Shown: positions 26,708-32,000 of the stretch, piece after piece | Position numbering within the stretch: the stretch's first letter is position 1 | Layout of the letters: the number at the start of each line of letters is the position of its first letter | Source: Microcystis aeruginosa NIES-2549 | GTDB lineage: Bacteria > Cyanobacteriota > Cyanobacteriia > Cyanobacteriales > Microcystaceae | Reading direction: 5' to 3' | DNA: 32,000 nt | Assembly: GCF_000981785.2 (NCBI RefSeq) | Contig: NZ_CP011304.1 | Coordinates: 3,480,001-3,512,000, forward strand | Notes under the pieces: generated by a model | What the model was told of the DNA's origin: nothing | Seen by the model: only the letters and a program-made list of their open reading frames with translations | Database searches by the model: none | Program-made: the position numbers and the translations under genes

Positions 26708-26977
26708 TTAACTAGCGCTAACTTCAGCGGGATAAATGCTAACTTGACGGCGACTTTTATCCTTGTATTCAAATTTGACCACACCATCAATTAAAGCGAA
26801 TAAAGTATCATCGCCACCACGACCGACATTTTTACCCGGGTGAACTTTAGTACCCCGTTGACGGATGAGAATATTTCCCGCTTTTACCACTTGACCACCG
26901 TAGCGCTTAACGCCTAGGCGTTGGGAACGAGAATCGCGTCCGTTGCGGGTACTACCCGTACCTTTCTTATGAGCCAT
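26708..26977 (-). CDS. rpmA: 50S ribosomal protein L27
   Basis: [24 protein letters not shown]... is canonical L27. Confidence 0.95.
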   Translation of the reverse strand: MAHKKGTGSTRNGRDSRSQRLGVKRYGGQVVKAGNILIRQRGTKVHPGKNVGRGGDDTLFALIDGVVKFEYKDKSRRQVSIYPAEVSAS

Positions 26978-27011
26978 AATTTCTCTCCAAATGCTTTTTT
27001 GATTCTAAAAG

Positions 27012-27401
27012 TTATTCTTCTTTATCGCTACTATCTTCCACAACTTCAGCGCCGGAGGTAGCAGCAGTGGCGACTAGGGTTTTACCGTTATAATTGATTG
27101 AATCAATCATAAAACGGGTAATTTCTTGACGATGACCGCGTTTTTTACGAGTTTTCTTTTTCGGGCGCATTTTATAGACAATAACTTTTTTGCCCCGACG
27201 ATGTTGCATGACAGTGCCTTCCACGGTAGCCCCTTCGATAAAGGGCTGACCGATGCTAATATCATCCTCATCATGGATTAATAGCACTTTGTCGATGGTA
27301 TGGGTACTTTGTTCATCGACGGGAAGAAGTTCGATATCGTAATAGCGACCGGGTTCCACCCGAATCTGTTTGCCACCGGTCTCAATAATCGCGTAACTCA
27401 T
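27012..27401 (-). CDS. rplU: 50S ribosomal protein L21
   Basis: [18 protein letters not shown]...KKRGHRQ is canonical L21. It lies upstream of rpmA. Confidence 0.95.
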   Translation of the reverse strand: MSYAIIETGGKQIRVEPGRYYDIELLPVDEQSTHTIDKVLLIHDEDDISIGQPFIEGATVEGTVMQHRRGKKVIVYKMRPKKKTRKKRGHRQEITRFMIDSINYNGKTLVATAATSGAEVVEDSSDKEE

Positions 27402-27487
27402 AAATTTTCTGCGCTCGTTTTGCCGTACAGGTAGCCGAAAAAAATTCCAGCTTTTGTGCTAATGTCTTCACCTGATCCGAGCAGGAA

Positions 27488-27532
27488 TTGACACAATTTA
27501 CTATTATCTAATATTCGGGCGGCAATTGTCAA
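27488..27532. promoter_or_regulatory. Candidate overlapping divergent promoters for rplU-rpmA (-) and murQ (+)
   Basis: TTGACA at 27488-27493 on the plus strand and TTGACA at 27532-27527 on the minus strand flank a shared AT-rich block, CTATTATCTAATATTC. That block offers TAATAT on the plus strand and TAGATAAT on the minus strand as -10 elements. Confidence 0.35.
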
Positions 27533-27596
27533 GCTTTTAGCCCACCGATTGGCTATATACTGAAAATAATCTTACGAAAAACTCAATTAAACCGTT

Positions 27597-28517
27597 ATGG
27601 AACAGTGGGAAAGCAGAGGACACCTGTTAACCGAACAAATTAACCCAAACAGCCTCAATTTAGACCAATTAAACCCACTCGAATTGGTGGATCTCTTCAA
27701 TCGCGAGGATGCCCAAACCCTAAAAGCGATCGCCATGGCCCGGCAAGAATTGGCCCTAGCGATCTCCCTGACCGGTCAAGCTCTGGCTAAAGGTGGTAGA
27801 CTCTTTTACATTGGGGCGGGAACCAGTGGCCGGCTGGGGGTTTTGGACGCGGCCGAATGTCCTCCCACCTTCTGCACTCCCCCGGAATTGGTACAGGGAA
27901 TTATTGCCGGTGGAGCGGCGGCGCTGGTGCGTAGTTCCGAAGATTTGGAGGATAAAGCGGAAGATGGGGCGGCCGTGATTGCCCAGCGAGAAATTCACGA
28001 ATTAGACGTGGTAGTGGGGATTACCGCCGGGGGTACTACTCCCTACGTTCACGGGGCTTTACAGGCGGCAAAACAGCGAGGTGCGACGACGATTGCTATT
28101 AGTTGTGTCCCCGCCGAACAAGTGGAGATCGCGGTGGATGTGGATATCCGCTTATTGACCGGACCAGAACTTCTGGCCGGCTCCACCCGCCTGAAAGCGG
28201 GAACAGTGACGAAAATGGCTTTAAATATCCTTTCCACAGGGACAATGGTCATGTTAGGCAAGGTTTACGGCAACCAGATGGTCGATGTGGCTGTTACTAA
28301 TCATAAACTCCATGACCGCGCCCTGCGGATTATCTGTAACCTTAGCGATATTAGTCGTGAGGAAGCGGCAATTTTACTGGAAAAAAGTGGCCGCCGGGTT
28401 AAACTGGCTTTGTTAATGCAGAAAACGGGACTTTCGGCGGCGGCAGGACAAGAATTGTTACAAAAGCATCGGGGTCAATTACGGGCCGCCCTGCAAGCTT
28501 ATAATCAAATTGATTGA
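27597..28517 (+). CDS. murQ: N-acetylmuramic acid 6-phosphate etherase
   Basis: SIS domain GAGTSGRLGVLDAAECPPTF and GSTRLKAGTVTKM are MurQ hallmarks. Confidence 0.9.
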   Translation: MEQWESRGHLLTEQINPNSLNLDQLNPLELVDLFNREDAQTLKAIAMARQELALAISLTGQALAKGGRLFYIGAGTSGRLGVLDAAECPPTFCTPPELVQGIIAGGAAALVRSSEDLEDKAEDGAAVIAQREIHELDVVVGITAGGTTPYVHGALQAAKQRGATTIAISCVPAEQVEIAVDVDIRLLTGPELLAGSTRLKAGTVTKMALNILSTGTMVMLGKVYGNQMVDVAVTNHKLHDRALRIICNLSDISREEAAILLEKSGRRVKLALLMQKTGLSAAAGQELLQKHRGQLRAALQAYNQID

Positions 28518-28544
28518 TAAAAACCTATTGATTTTGACTTTCCT

Positions 28545-30035
28545 ATGGTTAATATTTCTTCGGAAATTGCTGCGGTCGCTGTTATTTTCCTCGTCGCTGG
28601 TGCTATCTTGACTTGGAGTTTTTATCGAGCTAAACCCTACGGCCAACTGGGAATTTTACCTTGGTTACAATCCTTGGTACTAATTGCTCCTTGGTTAATT
28701 TTTTTCGGGCTATTTGCGGCGGGAATTTATCTCAATCTAGCGGTAATTCTCTTTTTACTGGTTGCTTCCACCATTATCTATATTTATTTGGGCAACCGTT
28801 TACGCTTACTGAAAACCAATCAGATAATTGAACCGAAAGTTAACCCAGCAGTTAGCCAGTCCGTTACTCCTCTAGAAATCCCAGCAGCGGTGACAGCAAT
28901 TGTACCGGATGTGATGCCAATTACCGAAGAGGATTTAAAAGTTATTCAGAGCATTTTTGGGATAGATACTTTTTTTGCCACCGAGACTATCTCTTTTCAA
29001 GAAGGGGCTATTTTTAAAGGCAATTTACGAGGAGAACCGGATATGGTTCACTCTCGCTTAACCCAGAAATTAAGTAATCATTTTGGCGATAAATATCGTT
29101 TATTTCTGGTGGAAGGAACCGAGGAAAAACCTGTGGTAATTATCCTTCCCAAAACTAACGATCCTAGTCCTGCCACTCTTGCTCAAAAAAATCTCTCTTT
29201 AGTTTTGTTAGTAGCCACCATTGTCACCAGCTTAGAAGCGGCGGGAATTTTATTAGGTTTTGATTTGTTTAGTAATTGGCAGAGATATCGAGAAGCGATT
29301 CCCCTGAGTTTGGGTTTATGGTCGGTATTAATTGCCCACGAAATCGGTCATCTAATTATCGCTAAACGCCATAATGTTCGTCTCAGTTTACCCTATTTTC
29401 TTCCCACTTGGCAGATTGGTTCTTTTGGGGCGATTACTCGTTTTGAATCTTTATTACCTAACCGCAGTGTCCTATTTGATATAGCTTTCGCTGGTCCTGC
29501 TTTGGGAGGTTTAGTTTCTTTAATCTTATTAATTGTTGGACTAACTTTATCTAATTCTGCCAGCCTTTTTCAAATCCCTAGTACCTTTTTCCAAAGTTCG
29601 ATTTTAGTGAGTTTTTTAGCGCGGATAGTTTTGGGTGAAGAGTTACAAAATGCCGTTATCTCCGTGCATCCTTTAACTGTTATCGGTTGGTTGGGATTGG
29701 TGATTACCGCCCTTAATTTACTGCCCGCCGGACAGTTAGATGGTGGCAGAATTATTCAGGCTATTTATGGTCGCAAAATTGCCCGCCGTACCACTGTCGC
29801 CACTTTGGTCATTTTGGGCATTATTTCCTTAGTTAATCCCAGTAATCCCATTCCTCTCTATTGGACAATTTTAGTCGCTTTTTTACAAAGAGAGTTGGAA
29901 AGACCTAGTTTAAATGAGTTAACCGAACCCGATGACAACCGCGCTGGTTGGGGTTTATTACTACTCTTTTTAATGTTGGCGACTCTGATTCCTTTAAGCC
30001 CTAGTTTAGCGGGACGGTTAGGCATAGGTGGCTAA
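28545..30035 (+). CDS. Site-2 protease family (M50) intramembrane metalloprotease
   Basis: HEIGH (HExxH) in a TM helix and NLLPAGQLDGG (the LDG motif) in a later helix. Polytopic, 496 aa. Confidence 0.85.
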   Translation: MVNISSEIAAVAVIFLVAGAILTWSFYRAKPYGQLGILPWLQSLVLIAPWLIFFGLFAAGIYLNLAVILFLLVASTIIYIYLGNRLRLLKTNQIIEPKVNPAVSQSVTPLEIPAAVTAIVPDVMPITEEDLKVIQSIFGIDTFFATETISFQEGAIFKGNLRGEPDMVHSRLTQKLSNHFGDKYRLFLVEGTEEKPVVIILPKTNDPSPATLAQKNLSLVLLVATIVTSLEAAGILLGFDLFSNWQRYREAIPLSLGLWSVLIAHEIGHLIIAKRHNVRLSLPYFLPTWQIGSFGAITRFESLLPNRSVLFDIAFAGPALGGLVSLILLIVGLTLSNSASLFQIPSTFFQSSILVSFLARIVLGEELQNAVISVHPLTVIGWLGLVITALNLLPAGQLDGGRIIQAIYGRKIARRTTVATLVILGIISLVNPSNPIPLYWTILVAFLQRELERPSLNELTEPDDNRAGWGLLLLFLMLATLIPLSPSLAGRLGIGG

Positions 30036-30079
30036 ATACTTCCCCGAAATTCTTGCCATTGATTACCGTCAAAAAAAGC

Positions 30080-30109
30080 TTGACAAAAACTCAAGTCTTG
30101 ACTTATAAT
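30080..30109 (+). promoter_or_regulatory. Candidate promoter of repeat-protein gene A
   Basis: TTGACA (30080-30085), an 18-nt spacer, then TATAAT (30104-30109), preceded by an A7 tract. The motif TCAAAAAAGCTTGAC...CTTGACTTA..TATAATT recurs at 31367-31395. Confidence 0.45.
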
Positions 30110-30214
30110 TTTCTTATAATGGGAATCCGTGTCCGCCTATAGACCCCTGATTTTTCCGTAAAATATAGCCTCCAGCATTTACCCCTGAAGATTTGACTTT
30201 TGGAGTTGCTCAAA

Positions 30215-30613
30215 ATGTCTAACGAAACTGTCACTTATTCCCTAGAAGCTGTCCTGACAAGGATTGAGGGGAAAATCGACTCTCTGGAAAAACGCCTTGA
30301 CGAGAAAATCGACTCTCTGGAAAAACGTATTGACGAGAAAATCGACTCTCTGGAAAAACGTATTGACGAGAAAATCGACTCTCTGGAAAACCGTATTGAC
30401 GAGAGATTTGACAAGATAGAAGACCGGTTAACTAAAGTAGAAATAGGACAGGCCGAACTCAAGGGAGATATTAAAGCTTTAGACGAAAAAATCAATGGAT
30501 TAACTGCAAGGGTTGCCTATCAGGAATTCACCAATCGAGGGATTCTGATAGCACTGGTGGTCGCTATTTTAGGAGGTGCCGCTAAACTTTTTGGTTTTTT
30601 CCCTAATCCTTAG
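30215..30613 (+). CDS. Tail-anchored coiled-coil protein with four 11-residue tandem repeats (EKIDSLEKRID)
   Basis: ATG at 30215 after GGAG (the track start 30200 is TTG). Repeats span 30272-30403. The C-terminal hydrophobic segment is GILIALVVAILGGAAKLFGFF. Confidence 0.7.
   Translation: MSNETVTYSLEAVLTRIEGKIDSLEKRLDEKIDSLEKRIDEKIDSLEKRIDEKIDSLENRIDERFDKIEDRLTKVEIGQAELKGDIKALDEKINGLTARVAYQEFTNRGILIALVVAILGGAAKLFGFFPNP
30272..30403 (+). repeat. 4 x 33-bp in-frame tandem repeat
   Basis: Units start at 30272, 30305, 30338 and 30371. Units 2 and 3 are identical, unit 1 differs at 2 nt and unit 4 at 1 nt. Confidence 0.95.
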
Positions 30614-30722
30614 AAGTTGCCGGTAGCCGTACCTAGTAGATAGGCTCTTCCCCAAAATTTTTCGCTCATTACCCCGATCATCCGTTAGAATAGATTCAGA
30701 ATTCAAGGATAAAATCTCATCT

Positions 30723-31301
30723 ATGAATCCCGTTGTTTTGGTGCATGGTTTTCTGGACACTACGGCTGTTTTTAAACCGATGAGCGAGTATTTAAATTAT
30801 CATGGTTGGCAGGTGCATAGTTTTAACCTAATTCCCAATCATGGTTACGAAAAGTTAGAAGTTTTAGCCAGTCAGGTGGAGAATTATATCGAGAAAAACT
30901 TTGCTAAAGAGCAGAAAGTAGATCTGATTGGGTTTAGTATGGGAGGATTAATTACCCGCTACTACCTGCAAAGATTGGGAGGAGTGGCAAGAGTGCAACG
31001 TTACCTAAATATTTCTGCTCCGAATCGAGGCACTTTAACCGCGTATAGTTTACCCTTAGATGGGATTAGACAAATGCAGCCGGGGAGTCAATTTCTAGAG
31101 GATTTAAATCAAGATTGTCAACAAATTTTAAATAAAATTAAAACCACAATTATCTGGACTCCCTACGATTTAATGATATTTCCCGCCCATAGTTCCCGTT
31201 TATCGGTGGGCAAAGAAATTTCGATTCCCGTATTGCTTCATGCTTGGATGGTCAAAGATAGCAAAGTTTTAACAACAATTAAAGAGACCTTATTAGAATA
31301 G
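30723..31301 (+). CDS. Alpha/beta-hydrolase lipase/esterase (small LipA-like, no signal peptide)
   Basis: NPVVLVHGF at the N-terminus and nucleophile elbow GFSMGG resemble minimal Bacillus LipA-type lipases. The 192-aa product starts directly with the core fold. Confidence 0.75.
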   Translation: MNPVVLVHGFLDTTAVFKPMSEYLNYHGWQVHSFNLIPNHGYEKLEVLASQVENYIEKNFAKEQKVDLIGFSMGGLITRYYLQRLGGVARVQRYLNISAPNRGTLTAYSLPLDGIRQMQPGSQFLEDLNQDCQQILNKIKTTIIWTPYDLMIFPAHSSRLSVGKEISIPVLLHAWMVKDSKVLTTIKETLLE

Positions 31302-31376
31302 AAATACTGGTTGTCTCCAATACCGGAACAAGGTCAAAATATGACCAATAAAAACGTTAATTATCATCAAAAAAGC

Positions 31377-31394
31377 TTGACTTAACGTTATAAT
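31377..31394 (+). promoter_or_regulatory. Conserved upstream element of repeat-protein gene B (TTGACT-N6-TATAAT)
   Basis: Shares TCAAAAAAGCTTGAC and CTTGACTTA..TATAATT with the element upstream of gene A. The hexamer spacing here is non-canonical, so the -35 assignment is uncertain. Confidence 0.3.
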
Positions 31395-31428
31395 TGTGCT
31401 AGGCGATCAAATTCCCCTAGGTGTCACC

Positions 31429-31818
31429 ATGTCCACTCAAGAACCCACCCTAACCGATGTTCTCAACGAATTGAAAAGCTTCCAAACAGCAGTAAATCAA
31501 CGTTTTGAAGCGATAGACCAAAGTTTTGAGGCTATAGACCAACGTTTTGAAGCGATAGACCAACGTTTTGATGCTATGGGGCAACGTTTTGAGGAAATAG
31601 ACCAACGTTTTGATGCTATGGGGCAACGCTTTCAGGAAATAGACCAAAGATTAGACAAACTCGACTATAAATTTGACACCTACGAAAAAGCCTCCGAGAA
31701 AGTGCTGAGATTGGCCACGACAATTATTATCGCAGCCGCCACCGTAGCGGTTTTACCCTCGGCCTTTCAGGCAATCGGTCCCCTATTAACCCAAATCATC
31801 GCCGCCGGCAATAACTAA
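31429..31818 (+). CDS. Tail-anchored coiled-coil protein with seven 7-residue tandem repeats (QRFEAID/QRFDAMG)
   Basis: ATG at 31429 (MSTQEPTLTDVL); the track start 31396 is upstream. Repeats span 31498-31644. The C-terminal hydrophobic segment is LATTIIIAAATVAVLPSAFQAIGPLL. Confidence 0.7.
   Translation: MSTQEPTLTDVLNELKSFQTAVNQRFEAIDQSFEAIDQRFEAIDQRFDAMGQRFEEIDQRFDAMGQRFQEIDQRLDKLDYKFDTYEKASEKVLRLATTIIIAAATVAVLPSAFQAIGPLLTQIIAAGNN
31498..31644 (+). repeat. 7 x 21-bp in-frame tandem repeat with 42-bp higher-order unit
   Basis: Units 1 and 3 are identical, as are units 4 and 6. The 42-bp block 31561-31602 is repeated at 31603-31644 with 3 mismatches, all in its second 21-bp unit. A degenerate eighth unit lies at 31645-31665. 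Confidence 0.95.
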
Positions 31819-31887
31819 CTTGTGATCGAGACTTGACGATTGCATGGTATGATAAAGGTTTTGGAACTATTGTTTTAGGTCAAGATC

Positions 31888-32000
31888 ATGGCGAAACGAA
31901 TGCAGGTTATCCTCAATCAAAAAGTCAGCAAATTAGGTGAAAATGGCGATGTGGTGGAAGTGGCCCCCGGTTATGCGCGCAATTACCTTATCCCCCAAGG
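31888..32000 (+). CDS. rplI: 50S ribosomal protein L9 (5' partial; continues beyond the window)
   Basis: [37 protein letters not shown] is the canonical L9 N-terminus. Confidence 0.9.
   Translation, partial: MAKRMQVILNQKVSKLGENGDVVEVAPGYARNYLIPQ

Noticed and set aside
30272-30403. Possible CRISPR array (33-bp repeats), and likewise the heptamer arrays
   Set aside because: The repeats are contiguous with no spacers, in frame within a CDS (or only 7 nt long), and no cas genes are nearby.
30235-30495. Antisense ORFs across the tandem-repeat regions (30235..30495 and 31450..31647)
   Set aside because: They stay open only because the repeat unit lacks stops on the antisense strand. The sense frames have starts, coiled-coil periodicity and C-terminal TM anchors.

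Overview
This is a cyanobacterial chromosomal window. HIP1 GCGATCGC octamers are frequent, nblA and psb30 are present, and many gene junctions carry STRR-like heptanucleotide arrays. The overall look resembles Microcystis, but that is inference only. Most of the window is housekeeping: nblA, a tandem-USP protein, an arsR-acr3-arsH-arsC arsenic operon, psb30, an M16 peptidase, an RsbW-like kinase, an RlmD-type rRNA methyltransferase, a HerA-like ATPase, menA, hrcA, a rhodanese, sbcC-moaD-recJ, speE, accA, rplU-rpmA, murQ, an M50 site-2 protease and the start of rplI. Accessory content is an IS200/IS605-family element (intact tnpB, tnpA without a canonical start), a VapBC-like pair and an MNT/HepT pair. 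The most unusual locus is 30.07-31.82 kb. There, two tail-anchored proteins built from near-identical in-frame tandem repeats (33-bp and 21-bp units) share an upstream motif, bracket a signal-less LipA-like lipase and sit directly downstream of the site-2 protease. I cannot assign this arrangement to any described system. Other points worth a second look: the HepT toxin has Ile in place of the catalytic Arg of its Rx4HxY motif. The RsbW-like kinase has a CHHHGCSCDC insert in its ATP lid. The HerA-like and SbcC ATPases have no nuclease partner in the window. The IS end hairpin overlaps the hrcA stop codon. A heptamer array encodes the last residues of SpeE. All functional calls rest on reading the translated ORFs and recognising motifs; no database search was possible.
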